A stretch of 64,000 bases of DNA from positions 188,034 to 252,033 of the forward strand of contig JAKOVQ010000003.1 in assembly GCA_029781975.1 (NCBI GenBank), in the 5' to 3' direction. The translations under genes and the position numbers were made by a program. Position 1 is the first letter of the stretch. Every line of letters starts with the position of its first letter. The notes beneath the pieces are model-generated. The model saw only the letters and a program-made list of their open reading frames with translations. It ran no database searches and was not told the DNA's origin. Below are positions 1-10,837 of the stretch, in pieces. Origin of the DNA: Acidobacteriota bacterium. Its GTDB lineage: Bacteria; Acidobacteriota; Thermoanaerobaculia; UBA5066.

Positions 1-268
1 CGAGGTGCGGGCAGGGCGGATAGCCCACGACGAAGCCCGTGGCCAGGTGGATCACCTCCGCCCCGTTCCTCTTCATCTCCTCGGGCGCGTACTCGACGTT
101 GCCGCCGGGGCAGCCTCCGCACGTCGCGAAGCCGACGAGCTCGACGTCGCGTCCGGCGTAGGCGGCGAACGCGCCCTCTCGCTCGCGAAGGGCTCGGAAG
201 CACTTCCCTCCCGCGCACGTGCCGTAGCGCCCGCAGATCACGATCCCCACCTTCACCTTCTCGCCCAT
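1..268 (-). CDS. CGGC domain-containing protein (3' end lies outside the window)
   Basis: Not in the ORF track; translated by hand from ATG at 268: MGEKVKVGIVICGRYGTCAGGKCFRALREREGAF...GFATCGGCPGG...IHLATGFVVGYPPCPHL. It has the CGGC motif and the conserved Cys/His pattern of the family. Confidence 0.85.
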   Translation of the reverse strand, partial: MGEKVKVGIVICGRYGTCAGGKCFRALREREGAFAAYAGRDVELVGFATCGGCPGGNVEYAPEEMKRNGAEVIHLATGFVVGYPPCPHL

Positions 269-280
269 CTCGTCCGCCTT

Positions 281-1321
281 TCACCATCCAAACGCCATGA
301 GGGCGCCCCCGAGGGCCAGCCCCGCGAGCGCCGTGACCGTCTTGACCTTGACGAACTCCCATCGCGACTCCGCGAGGAGCGGCAGCATCCCGTGGCCGTC
401 CTGCACCACCGACGACGCAGCCAGGACGGAGAAGGGGAGGGCCCCCTGAGCGAAGAGCGTCACGAACATCATGTGCGGGCCCGACTCCGGGATGACGCCG
501 ACCGCGACAGCGGCGAGGAGGGCCCAGCCCCTGTGGCGCTCGATCCATTCCTGCAGGGGCAGGCCGGCGGCCTCGAGCCAGCCCAGGGCGAGGAGGATCC
601 CCAGGACCCATAGGAAGATCCTCGGAAGGTGCTTGCGGGCGACATGGCGGTAGAGGTGCTCCTCCAGGAAGTGCTCCTGTGCGAGGAAGACGACGGCCAG
701 CGCCAGAGCGGCGACGGCGACGAGCGTCACCCGGACCCAGTTCCAGGCGGGAGGCCCGATCCACCCGGCCGCGACCGCCGCGAGGAAGAGCGCCAGCACC
801 CCGCAGAGCGCCGCTCGCGGGAAGCTCCACTCTCCGAAGGACCGTCGCAGGGGCGGCTCCGCCGGGAGCGCGAGCTCCTGGGGGTGGAGCGGGATTCCTT
901 CGGGGCACGAGTCGCACCGGTAGAAGCGCGGCCGGCCGACCCGGTCGACCACGAGCGCGACGAGGAGACCGTACGCGAAGAGGAGGGCGAAGAGGGGGAT
1001 CGCCTTCCCGGGGAAGAGGGCCAGCATGACGAACGCCTCGTCCCCGCTCGACGCGATCATCGCGCCGACGAGGGCTCCGAACGAGATGAGCCGGTGGGTG
1101 TAGAGGGTGACGTCGGTGAAGGCGCCGAGGCATCCGGGGACGGTCCCCAGGAGGGCGACCGCCGCCGTCCGCAGGACGCCCCCGTGCTGGAGCCACCGTC
1201 CGAGGAGGCCGGCCGTCATCACCTGGCCGAACTCGACCAGGATCATCATCACGAAGACGAACCCCGTGATCATCGTGGCCTCGGCGAGGATCCGGACGGC
1301 TCCGGTCAGCGCCGCCGCCAT
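281..1321 (-). CDS. Putative manganese transporter family integral membrane protein
   Basis: Real start is ATG 1321 (MAAALTGAVRILAEATMITGFVFVMMILVE) within track ORF 281..2062. Multiple TM segments; motifs PGCLGAF, SSGDEAFVML, IPESGPH, VVQDGHGMLPLL; central CDSC...H loop. Confidence 0.75.
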   Translation of the reverse strand: MAAALTGAVRILAEATMITGFVFVMMILVEFGQVMTAGLLGRWLQHGGVLRTAAVALLGTVPGCLGAFTDVTLYTHRLISFGALVGAMIASSGDEAFVMLALFPGKAIPLFALLFAYGLLVALVVDRVGRPRFYRCDSCPEGIPLHPQELALPAEPPLRRSFGEWSFPRAALCGVLALFLAAVAAGWIGPPAWNWVRVTLVAVAALALAVVFLAQEHFLEEHLYRHVARKHLPRIFLWVLGILLALGWLEAAGLPLQEWIERHRGWALLAAVAVGVIPESGPHMMFVTLFAQGALPFSVLAASSVVQDGHGMLPLLAESRWEFVKVKTVTALAGLALGGALMAFGW

Positions 1322-2301
1322 CGGGCTCCCCCTCCCGGGACCGCGACGAAGAAGGTGGCTCCCGCCCGGCGTCGAGCGCGGACGGCGCCCGCCGCGACGA
1401 GGGCCAGGAGCTCGCGGCGCGCCGCCGCCTCCGGAACGCGGAGCCCTGCGGCGACGACGGCGAGGGTGCAGGGCCGCCTTCCGAGCAGGGCGAGGGTCGA
1501 TGCGCCGCTCGCGGAGGCGGGATCCGGGGCCCCGCGATTCGAGGCGAACTCGGCCACGACCTCTGCCCGTGGCACGAAGCGGCCGCAGAGTCCTTCCATC
1601 GACGCGGGGGCGAGCGCCTTCGCCACGTCCCGGCCGCCGGGCCGCACCGGGGTGTTGAGCTGGATCCGGTCCGGCCGGATCGTCGTCGCCGCCGCCGCGA
1701 TGGCGGCGACGCGGCGCGCCTCGTCGGAGATCCCTGCGAGGATCATGACCTCCAGCCAGATCTGGCCGCGGTAGAGACCGCGGAAGCATCTCAATCCCTC
1801 GATGACGTCGGACAGCGCGAGCCCTCTCGCCGGTCGGTTCACCTCGCGGAAGAGCTCCTCGTCCCCGGCGTCGAGGCTGGGGAGGACGACGTCGGCGAGC
1901 GCCGCCGCGCGCCTGACCTCGCCGTCGGAGAAGAGCGAGCCGTTGGTGAGGAGTGCGACCGGGACGTCCGAGAGTCGCTTCAAACCCTCGAGGACGTCTC
2001 CGAGTCGGCTCTCCAGCGTCGGCTCGCCGCTCCCCGCCACGGTGACGAAGTCGGGACGGCACCGCGCCAGCCCGAGCCGCGCCTCCTCCAGCACGAGGTC
2101 CACCGGGAAGAACCGCCGCCTCTCGAGCGTCTTCGTCCGAGTCGGACCGAGCTGGCAGTAGAGGCAGTCGTAGGTGCAGGTCTTCAGGGGGACGAGGTCG
2201 ACCCCGAGGCTGAGGCCCAGCCGCCGGCTCGGGACCGGACCGTAGACCCTGGTCCCGGGTCCATGCGCGCCGGCTCCGGTCGGTCCCGGGGTGGTAGCCA
2301 C
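1306..2301 (-). CDS. Radical SAM protein (COG0731-like, uncharacterised)
   Basis: YGPVPSRRLGLSLGVDL followed by CTYDCLYC (CxxxCxxC), GSGEPTL and LLTNGSL; C-terminal HTH-like segment. Confidence 0.88.
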   Translation of the reverse strand: MATTPGPTGAGAHGPGTRVYGPVPSRRLGLSLGVDLVPLKTCTYDCLYCQLGPTRTKTLERRRFFPVDLVLEEARLGLARCRPDFVTVAGSGEPTLESRLGDVLEGLKRLSDVPVALLTNGSLFSDGEVRRAAALADVVLPSLDAGDEELFREVNRPARGLALSDVIEGLRCFRGLYRGQIWLEVMILAGISDEARRVAAIAAAATTIRPDRIQLNTPVRPGGRDVAKALAPASMEGLCGRFVPRAEVVAEFASNRGAPDPASASGASTLALLGRRPCTLAVVAAGLRVPEAAARRELLALVAAGAVRARRRAGATFFVAVPGGGARWRRR

Positions 2302-2375
2302 CTCATCCCCCTGCGCGGGCTATCGGGAGGCGCCGCGGTCCCTCACGGGCACGAGCGGGCCGCGGCGCCCGCCCC

Positions 2376-2663
2376 TCACGGGCGGTCCCCCGCTTTCGTC
2401 GCTTCGGAGCTCCCGGGGTCGGCGAGGCGCGCCTCCAGGGCGGCGATCCGCGTCTCGAGAGCCTCGACGAGGTCCCAGGGAGTGCGGTTCGGCCGGACGG
2501 GGCCGGCGGGGTCCTGCTCGAGCGCCGCGAACCGTCCGCCCTGGCCGCCGCCGAAGCACCGGCCACGACCTCCGCCCCGCGGCTCTCCCCCCTGGCCTGC
2601 TCCCGGCGGTCCGGCTGGCGAGGACTGTCCCCGACAACGCCTTCTCGATCCGTTTCCGTTCAT
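2376..2663 (-). CDS. DUF5320-like Gly/Arg-rich small protein with C-terminal coiled coil
   Basis: ATG 2663 overlaps the DUF134 stop (ATGA). Gly/Arg-rich N-terminus (GGGRGRCFGGG), then LEALETRIAALEARL-type coiled coil. This family usually accompanies DUF134. Confidence 0.6.
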   Translation of the reverse strand: MNGNGSRRRCRGQSSPAGPPGAGQGGEPRGGGRGRCFGGGQGGRFAALEQDPAGPVRPNRTPWDLVEALETRIAALEARLADPGSSEATKAGDRP

Positions 2664-3058
2664 CTCGTGCCTCCGTTCCTTTCCGGCTCGGGCGCGCGGG
2701 CGCACCCGCAGTTGCGGCCGCGTCGGCGCGGCCCCCCGTGCACGGCGCAGAGCCCGCGCTCGCCGCGCTTGAACTCCACCGGGCCCTCTCCGATCACGAG
2801 GGCCTTCCCTTCGAGGAGCGCCTCCGCGACCTTTTCGTGGGCCTCCCGGAGGATCCGGCCGAAGGTGACCCGCGAGACGCCCATCCTGTCCGCCGCGGCC
2901 TCCTGATAGAGGCCCTCCCGGTCCGTGAGCCTGATGGCCTCGAGCTGGTCGAGCTGGAGCGTCAGAACCTCCAGCTCCGGCATCGGGGTCCCGATCGGCT
3001 TGAACCCGCGGAAACGGGGCCTCTGGGAGACCTGTCGGACACGTGCGGGACGGGACAT
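2660..3058 (-). CDS. DUF134 domain-containing protein (predicted DNA-binding)
   Basis: MSRPARVRQV...FKPIG...LEAIRLTDREGLYQEAAADRMGVSRVTFGRIL...KVAEALLEGKALVIGEG, plus a Cys-containing tail. Confidence 0.9.
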   Translation of the reverse strand: MSRPARVRQVSQRPRFRGFKPIGTPMPELEVLTLQLDQLEAIRLTDREGLYQEAAADRMGVSRVTFGRILREAHEKVAEALLEGKALVIGEGPVEFKRGERGLCAVHGGPRRRGRNCGCARAPEPERNGGTR

Positions 3059-3100
3059 CTGCGGCGTTCCTCCCGGCGGCCTTCGGGCGCCGCCTGATAT

Positions 3101-3130
3101 GAACATATGTTCGAAATAGGGGGATGTCAA
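3101..3130 (-). promoter_or_regulatory. Sigma-70 promoter TTGACA-N17-TATGTT, overlapped by the perfect palindrome GAACATATGTTC (candidate operator)
   Basis: Minus strand: TTGACA (3130-3125), 17-nt spacer, TATGTT (3107-3102). Palindrome at 3101-3112 covers the -10. Lies about 45 nt upstream of the DUF134 start. Confidence 0.75.
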
Positions 3131-3167
3131 GCCCCGGGGCGTCGGACCGTTCCCTTCCGCCCGGCGC

Positions 3168-4553
3168 TCAGTCGAAGCCGATGTGGAGCTCGCGCATCCG
3201 GCGCCAGAGCTTGGTCCGGCTCATCCCCAGCTCCGCGGCCGCCTTCGAGCGGTTCCAGAGGTTCCGCTCCAGCGAGCCCCGGATCCGCGTCGACTCGTCG
3301 TCCGCGTGCGGGCCGGCGACGGAGGGACGAGCCGCCCTCGGGGGAAGGGCCGCCGGGGCCCCGTCCCGGATCTCCGGCGGCAGGCTCTCGGCCTGGATCG
3401 TCTGTCCGCGGCAGAGGGCGACCGCGTACTCGAGGGCGTTCTCGAGCTCCCGGACGTTGCCGGGCCACGGGTACCTCTCCAGGACCGACAGGGTGTCGGG
3501 CGAGAGCCAGAGGGCCCGGCCCTCGCGGCCGCCGATCCGCGCGAGGAGGTGCTGGGCGATGAGGCCGACGTCCTCGGGCCGCTCCCGGAGCGGCGGGATG
3601 TGGATGGGGACGACGCGGAGCCGGTAGTAGAGGTCCTCGCGCATCCGCCCCTCGCGGATCGCCTGCGCCATGTCGGCGTTGGTGGCGGCGATGATCCGCG
3701 CCTCCAGCTGCCTCGGTGCGCTCTCGCCGACCCGCTCGAAGACGCGGTCCTGCAGGACGCGGAGGAGCTTGACCTGGACGCCGAGGGGGATGTCGCCGGC
3801 CTCGTCGAGGAAGAGGGTCCCGCCCCGCGCCAGCTCCAGCCGCCCGACGCGGTCCTTCACCGCCCCGGTGAAGGCTCCCCTCACGTGGCCGAAGAGCTCG
3901 GACTCGAGGAGGTCCGCCGGAAGGGCCGCGCAGTTCACCGGGACGAACGGCCCGTCGTGTCGCGGAGACTGCGCGTGGATGGCGCGGGCGATGACCTCCT
4001 TGCCGGTCCCGCTCTCGCCCGTGATCAGGACGGTGGCCTCGGAGAGGTTGAGCGACTCGACGAGGCGGACGATCCGGCTCATCGCGGGCGAGCGCGTCAC
4101 GAGGCCGTGGCTGACGATCGCATTCTGGAGCGCGGCGTCCTCGTCCTCCGCCGGCCGGACCACGACGAGGTAGCGGGCGCGCGGGTCGCAGCAATGGAGG
4201 AACGCCTCCGAGAGGGCGGACGTCGTGATCGAGACGAGGCGGGCGGTCTCTCCCTCGCAGCGGAGGACGCCGCGCCGTCCCTCCTCCCTCCTCCCCTGCT
4301 GGAGGGCCTCGCGGAGGGTCTCCGAGGGGCCGAAGAGGCGGGCGCCGATCAGCTCGTCGATGGGCTTGCCGACGGCCGCGTCGGTGGTCCCGGCGCCGGC
4401 GAGGTCGTCGAGGGTGTGGCTGGCGCGGAGGATCTGGAAGTGCCGGTCGAGGATGATGACGACGCGGCCGAGCGAGCTGAAGATCGCCTCGATCTTGTCC
4501 CAGCCGAGCTCGGCGGGCTCCGCGGGTTCGGCGGGCGCGGACGTCGCGGTCAT
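3168..4553 (-). CDS. PAS-domain sigma-54-dependent transcriptional activator (bEBP), copy 1
   Basis: N-terminal PAS-like domain; Walker A GESGTGKE; GAFTGA loop; FLDE; RLRVVPI; C-terminal Fis HTH ([20 protein letters not shown]). Own -10-like TATCAT at 4569-4564. Confidence 0.92.
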   Translation of the reverse strand: MTATSAPAEPAEPAELGWDKIEAIFSSLGRVVIILDRHFQILRASHTLDDLAGAGTTDAAVGKPIDELIGARLFGPSETLREALQQGRREEGRRGVLRCEGETARLVSITTSALSEAFLHCCDPRARYLVVVRPAEDEDAALQNAIVSHGLVTRSPAMSRIVRLVESLNLSEATVLITGESGTGKEVIARAIHAQSPRHDGPFVPVNCAALPADLLESELFGHVRGAFTGAVKDRVGRLELARGGTLFLDEAGDIPLGVQVKLLRVLQDRVFERVGESAPRQLEARIIAATNADMAQAIREGRMREDLYYRLRVVPIHIPPLRERPEDVGLIAQHLLARIGGREGRALWLSPDTLSVLERYPWPGNVRELENALEYAVALCRGQTIQAESLPPEIRDGAPAALPPRAARPSVAGPHADDESTRIRGSLERNLWNRSKAAAELGMSRTKLWRRMRELHIGFD

Positions 4554-4596
4554 TCCCGCCCGGATGATAGCGAAGCCGGCCCGAGGCGACGGGCCC

Positions 4597-6468
4597 TCAG
4601 CCGCCCGGCCGTGACGGGCCGAGGGCGATCGTCCACGACGGCGCCCGCCCCTGGCAGCGCGGCACGCGGCCCGCCGCGAGCCGCTTCCTCGCCGCCCCGA
4701 AGTCCCTCCACACCGGGTCGGCAGCCGTACCGTGGCAGGGGAGGCACGCGCCGACGGCGAGGACGCGGCGGATCTCGCCTCGGGAGAGCGACCGGAAGCC
4801 GACGCGCGTCCCCTTCCCCGGGGCCGGCGCGTCGAGCGCGGTCCAGCCGTCGAGGGCGAGCGCGGGGTCGTCCGGCGCGGGGGCCGCAGGGGAGAAGCGG
4901 GGCTCGCTGCCCGTCAGGTCCAGCCGTCCGGTCCCGAGCCCCGGAGCGACGCTCGACAGGTGGCAGCTCTCGCAGGTCCGGGCCTTCCTGCCGGTCGTGT
5001 GGGGCTCCGCGGGGGCGAAGAGGCGGTGGGAAGCCTTCGTCCCTCCGGCCGCGGTGGCGTCGAGGTCGAGGATCATCCCCGGCACCGCCGGGACGATCCG
5101 CCCGTCGCCCGTGACGCCGAGGGCGGGAGGGCCCCAGGCGTACCCCTCCGACCGCTCGACCCACGCCCACTTCGTCGCGGCGGCCGCTCGAAAGTCCCAC
5201 TGGGAGCGGGCGGGGTCGAAGCCGGTGTGGCAGGTGGTGCACGACGGGGCCCACGCCGTGTGACAGGAGGAGCAGGTGAGCCGCTCGTGGCCGGGGAGCC
5301 GGTGGTTGGCGTCGGGCGGCGTCTGCTTCGTCGCAAGCGCGACGTCGGAGCCCTTCCGGTGCAGGGTCCACGCCGTGCCGTCCGGCGCCGGCCGGAGGTT
5401 CCAGAGGGGCGTCCCGCGCCGGCCGAGCCGGACTCTCTCGGCAGGGAGCCGCTCCTGGCCGCGCATCCTCAGGACGTCGCGCGTGACGGGGTCCGCGACG
5501 GACGCCCACGTCGTCTCGCCTCCCCGCGAGGGGCTCGCTGCCGGCTCCACCGGGCCGTGGCAGGCCTCGCAGGTCACCTCCACCTGCTCCTCCTCGTGCC
5601 GGTGGCGGACGCCGTCCCCCATCAGGTCGGTGTGGAGGTGGCAGTCGACGCAGGCCATCCCGGCGGCCTGGTGGACGTCCGGCTCGACCCGGCAGGCGGG
5701 GCGGCCGTCGTGGAGGACGGCCGGCTCGGCGCACGAGCCCGCCTGGCTCGCCTCGACCTCGGCGAGCCCCTGGTACGAGAGGCTGATCCGCCCGCTCCGG
5801 CTGTGGCAGCCGAGGCAGCGGTCGTCGCCGATCCTCGCGTCGACGGCGGGGTGCGGGCGGGGGAGCTTCCCCTCCGTCCGGCGCTCGACGTGGCAGGCGG
5901 AGCAGCCGGAGCCGTTCCCGTGGATCGCGTCGTCGCGGTTGCCCCGGCGGGCCCCGAGGTGGCACCCGGCGCAGAGCTTGCCGAGGTGGCTCTCGGCCGG
6001 CGTCGGGGGGCGCGACGACAGGACGTCGGCCATCGTCTGAAGGCCGTCCGGCGTCGGCCTCTCGCCGAAGACGAACCGGTCGACCGAGACGATCCCCCGC
6101 GCGGTCGCCATCAGCGACGTCGAGACGCGGGCCGCCTCGCGCTCGTGACAGCCGGCGCGGCCGCAGGTGAGGGAAACGGTCGCGAGGGCCCCCGGCTCCG
6201 GCTCCATCCCCCGGTGCGCGCTCTCCTCGTCGAAGGCGTACGGGTTCCCGAGGTGGCAGGGCGAGCAGCCGAGGGCGGCCCGGGCGTGGGCACCGCCGGG
6301 GTCCTCCTCCGGCCGGACGTGGCAGGTGACGCAGCGCTCGACGCGCCCTCCGGCTCGATCCGGGCCCCGGCCGAGAGCCGCCACGCGCGCCCCTTCCCGG
6401 CCGAGGGCGGCGAGGAGCGACGCCGCCGCGACGAGGAGGGCGACGACGAGGCTCCGCGTCCGGAACAT
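4597..6468 (-). CDS. Multiheme cytochrome c (11 CxxCH + 1 CxxxxCH = 12 hemes)
   Basis: ATG 6468 ([19 protein letters not shown], signal/anchor) overlaps the cyt b stop. Motifs CVTCH, CSPCH, CGRAGCH, CAGCH, CSACH, CLGCH, CVDCH, CEACH, CSSCH, CTTCH, CESCH, CLPCH. Confidence 0.9.
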   Translation of the reverse strand: MFRTRSLVVALLVAAASLLAALGREGARVAALGRGPDRAGGRVERCVTCHVRPEEDPGGAHARAALGCSPCHLGNPYAFDEESAHRGMEPEPGALATVSLTCGRAGCHEREAARVSTSLMATARGIVSVDRFVFGERPTPDGLQTMADVLSSRPPTPAESHLGKLCAGCHLGARRGNRDDAIHGNGSGCSACHVERRTEGKLPRPHPAVDARIGDDRCLGCHSRSGRISLSYQGLAEVEASQAGSCAEPAVLHDGRPACRVEPDVHQAAGMACVDCHLHTDLMGDGVRHRHEEEQVEVTCEACHGPVEPAASPSRGGETTWASVADPVTRDVLRMRGQERLPAERVRLGRRGTPLWNLRPAPDGTAWTLHRKGSDVALATKQTPPDANHRLPGHERLTCSSCHTAWAPSCTTCHTGFDPARSQWDFRAAAATKWAWVERSEGYAWGPPALGVTGDGRIVPAVPGMILDLDATAAGGTKASHRLFAPAEPHTTGRKARTCESCHLSSVAPGLGTGRLDLTGSEPRFSPAAPAPDDPALALDGWTALDAPAPGKGTRVGFRSLSRGEIRRVLAVGACLPCHGTAADPVWRDFGAARKRLAAGRVPRCQGRAPSWTIALGPSRPGG

Positions 6469-7298
6469 CAGCGCGCGTGGGCGAGGAGGAGGACGCGGAC
6501 GGTGAACGCCGCGTCGGCGAGAAGCCAGGCGCCGCAGAAGGCGACGAGGGCGGCGCGCGCGCGCCCGTCCGCGTGGCGGACGAGCCCCAGCGCGACGACG
6601 AGGAGGAGCGGCAGGAGCCAGCCGGCCGCCGCGGGGAGCGAGACGAGCGCCCCCTGCAGCCCGAGCAGGTACCACGGGCCGAGAAGGAGGTGCGGGGAGG
6701 GGACGGCCGGGGAGGCGCCGAGGCCGGGCGGGAGGAAGCCGGCGAGGGTCACGGAGGAGAGCCCCGCGAGGACCGTCGCGCGCGCGTCGGGCCAGAGGCG
6801 CCCGCCGTGCTCGGCGGTCAGGAGCCAGAGGAGGAGGGTGAAGGTCCCGGCGTGGTGGAGCGCGACGGCGCCGAGGTCGCCCGGAAGCGCGCCGAGGAGG
6901 AGGTCGGCGAGGAAGGGCCCGGCGAGCGGGATCGAGCCCGCGATCTCGCGCCAGACCGCCGCGGCGGCCGCCGCCTCCGCGTCGCCGCGGAGGAGGAAGC
7001 CCCCCAGGAGGGCGAGGACGGCGACCGGGAGGAGGACGACCGAGCGCCACCAGATCCCGGCCCCGAGCTTCCGCTCGGCGCGCCGGAGGACGACGTCCCC
7101 CAGGTGGACCGCCGTGAGGGCGAGGAGGCCCCAGCCGGCCCAGGCGTGGACCGCCCGGAGCCACCATCCCCACGGGATGCCGCCGCGGAGCGTCTCGAGG
7201 CTCTCGAGCGGACGCCCCGCGGAGAGGAGCGGGGCGAGGGCGAGGCCGGAGAGGACCGCGATCGCCAGGAAGCCGAAGGCGAGCCGCGCGATCGCCAC
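6468..7298 (-). CDS. Cytochrome b/b6-type membrane subunit
   Basis: GTG 7298 with upstream GAGG. Heme-b His pairs in LRAVHAWAG...TAVHLGD and ALHHAG...TAEHGG; PWY motif reminiscent of PEWY; TM helices; follows a Rieske gene. Confidence 0.8.
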   Translation of the reverse strand: MAIARLAFGFLAIAVLSGLALAPLLSAGRPLESLETLRGGIPWGWWLRAVHAWAGWGLLALTAVHLGDVVLRRAERKLGAGIWWRSVVLLPVAVLALLGGFLLRGDAEAAAAAAVWREIAGSIPLAGPFLADLLLGALPGDLGAVALHHAGTFTLLLWLLTAEHGGRLWPDARATVLAGLSSVTLAGFLPPGLGASPAVPSPHLLLGPWYLLGLQGALVSLPAAAGWLLPLLLVVALGLVRHADGRARAALVAFCGAWLLADAAFTVRVLLLAHAR

Positions 7299-7312
7299 GC
7301 CCTGAGCCTCGC

Positions 7313-7707
7313 TCAGAGGGTGACGACCCACCGCCCGCCCGAGCGGGCGACGGGGAGGCGCTCGAGGGGGCGCGGGGCGGGGCCCGCCACGGGGCGCCCC
7401 GCGGCGTCGTAGCGGCTCCCGTGGCACGGGCAGCTGAACCCCCCCTCCGGCAGGGGCGAGACGCGACATCGCATGTGGGTGCAGACGAGCCGGAAGGCCT
7501 CGGGCCGCTCCGGCGTCCCGCTCACCCAGAGCTCGCCGTCGGCGGCGCCCCCGGCCTCGCGCAGCCGGCGAAGGAGGTCGTCGGAGAGGACGACCTCCCG
7601 CTTCGGCGGGACGGCGCCGCGGAGCGCGCGGACGAGGGCCAGGACGCCCAGGGCGGCGAGGGCTCCGCCCGCGGCGCGCCAGGCGTCGGCGACGAAGTCG
7701 CGGCGGG

Positions 7708-7714
<7 letters not shown>
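7313..7714 (-). CDS. Rieske [2Fe-2S] protein (bc/b6f-type)
   Basis: Tat-like RRDF N-terminus with TM helix; box I CTHMRC and box II CPCHGS; GPAPRPL. Confidence 0.92.
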
Positions 7715-9120
<1,406 letters not shown>

Positions 9121-9178
9121 CTGCTGACGTAAGCTCCGGAGCCCGGAGCCCGACGGATTATTTCACCCGAGGACGCAG

Positions 9179-10837
9179 ATGAGATCGATCTACACGAGCG
9201 ACGACCACGAAGCCTTCCGAAAGAGCGTTCGCCAGTTCCTCCTGACCGAGGTCGCTCCCCACGCCGAGGAGTGGGAGGAGGCCCGGAGGATCCCCCGGGA
9301 GGTCTACCGGAAGATGGGCGAGGCGGGGTTCCTGGGGATCCTCTTCCCCGAGTCGCTCGGGGGGGCCGGGGCGTCGATCTTCCACGCCCTGGCCTTCCTC
9401 GAGGAGCTGCCGCGCTCGCGGATGGGGGGGTTCGTCGGCGCCGTCTCCGTCCAGGAGTTCATCGCCACCGGCGCCCTCTGGAACCACGGGACCGAGGAGC
9501 AGCAGCGGCGCTGGCTGGTCCCGTCGATCGAGGGGCGGATGGTGGGGGCGATCGCCATCTCCGAGCCCGACGCCGGCTCGGACGTGGCGGCGATCCGGAC
9601 GACGGCCCGGAGGGACGGCGACTCGTTCGTCCTCGACGGGGCCAAGACGTGGATCACGAACGGCGTGGAGGCCGACTTCATCGTCGTCGCCGCGAAGACC
9701 GACAAGGACGCCGGGGCGGGGGGGATCAGCCTCCTCGTCGTCGACGGCGACGCGCCGGGCCTCACCCGGACGAAGCTCCGGAAGATGGGGTGGCACTGCT
9801 CCGACACGGCCGAGCTCGTCTTCGAGGGGGTCCGCGTCCCGGCCTCGAACCTTCTCGGCGAGGAGAACGAGGGGTTCCTCCTCATCATGGACACCTTCGC
9901 CCTCGAGCGGATCGTGGCCGCGGCCACCTCCATCGGAAGCGTGCAGTTCTGCCTCGAGGAGACGCTCGGCTACATGGCGAGCCGGCAGGCCTTCGGCAGG
10001 CCGCTCTCCAAGTTCCAGGCGCTCCGCCACCGGCTGGCCGACCTCTTCGCCGAGCTGGAGGCCGTCCGGCAGCTCACCTACCACGCCGCCTGGCTCTGGC
10101 AGGAGGGGGAGGAGGCGACGCCGGAGGCTGCCATGGCCAAGCTCCTCGCCAGCGAGCTCTCCAAGAGGGCCGCCGACGAGTGCCTCCAGTTCTACGGCGG
10201 CTTCGGGACCGTCGAGGAATACCCGATGGCGCGCCTCTACCGCGACGCGCGGTTCGGGACGATCGTGGCGGGGACGAGCGAGATCATGAGGGAGATCGTC
10301 GCGAAGACGGCGATCGACGGCGTCCGGTTCGCGCGGAGGCCCTCCCGCGAGAAGGCCTCCGCGGCGCCCCAGGCGCCCGCTCCGGAAGAGCCGGCCCCGT
10401 CGTCCGCGGCCGTCGAGGCGGCGCCGGCCGCCGCGGAGACCCCGCAGGCGCCCCCGCCCCCCGCGGCCCCGGAAGCCCCCGCCGCCGCCCCTCCCGTCCC
10501 CGTCGCCGTCCCGACGAGCGCCCGCGAGCTCTTCGCCTCGCTGCCGCTCCGCCTCCGGACGGACCGGACGGCCGGCTGGAGGGCGACGTTCCACTTCACC
10601 TTCAAGGACGTCGACGAGAGCGACTGGACGGTCGTGATCGACGGCGAGCGGTGCGCGACCCGGGCGGGCCACGTCGGGACGCCCGACTGCGTGGTGACGA
10701 CGACGGAGAAGACCTACCTCGCGATCGAGGCCGGGACGCAGAGCCCCGAGACCGCCTTCCTCCTCGGGAAGGTGAAGGTGTCGAACATCGCCGCGATGAC
10801 GCGGTTCGTGAAGGCGTTCCGGAAGGCCGGAAGGTGA
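9179..10837 (+). CDS. Acyl-CoA dehydrogenase (LCAD/IVD-type) fused to a C-terminal SCP2 sterol/lipid-binding domain
   Basis: ACAD motifs AISEPDAGSD, GAKTWITNG, KMGWHCSDT, QFYGGFG, IVAGTSEIMR. Pro/Ala linker, then an SCP2-like segment (ATFHFTF...WTVVIDG...PDCVVTTT...AFLLGKVKV). Confidence 0.9.
   Translation: MRSIYTSDDHEAFRKSVRQFLLTEVAPHAEEWEEARRIPREVYRKMGEAGFLGILFPESLGGAGASIFHALAFLEELPRSRMGGFVGAVSVQEFIATGALWNHGTEEQQRRWLVPSIEGRMVGAIAISEPDAGSDVAAIRTTARRDGDSFVLDGAKTWITNGVEADFIVVAAKTDKDAGAGGISLLVVDGDAPGLTRTKLRKMGWHCSDTAELVFEGVRVPASNLLGEENEGFLLIMDTFALERIVAAATSIGSVQFCLEETLGYMASRQAFGRPLSKFQALRHRLADLFAELEAVRQLTYHAAWLWQEGEEATPEAAMAKLLASELSKRAADECLQFYGGFGTVEEYPMARLYRDARFGTIVAGTSEIMREIVAKTAIDGVRFARRPSREKASAAPQAPAPEEPAPSSAAVEAAPAAAETPQAPPPPAAPEAPAAAPPVPVAVPTSARELFASLPLRLRTDRTAGWRATFHFTFKDVDESDWTVVIDGERCATRAGHVGTPDCVVTTTEKTYLAIEAGTQSPETAFLLGKVKVSNIAAMTRFVKAFRKAGR

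Noticed and set aside
7299-7315. Selenocysteine read-through or frameshift fusing Rieske to cyt b (also considered for the xdh stop)
   Set aside because: The downstream genes are in different frames with their own start codons (cyt b has an upstream GAGG; the S8 start overlaps the xdh stop). The in-frame continuation checked after the Rieske stop is not protein-like.
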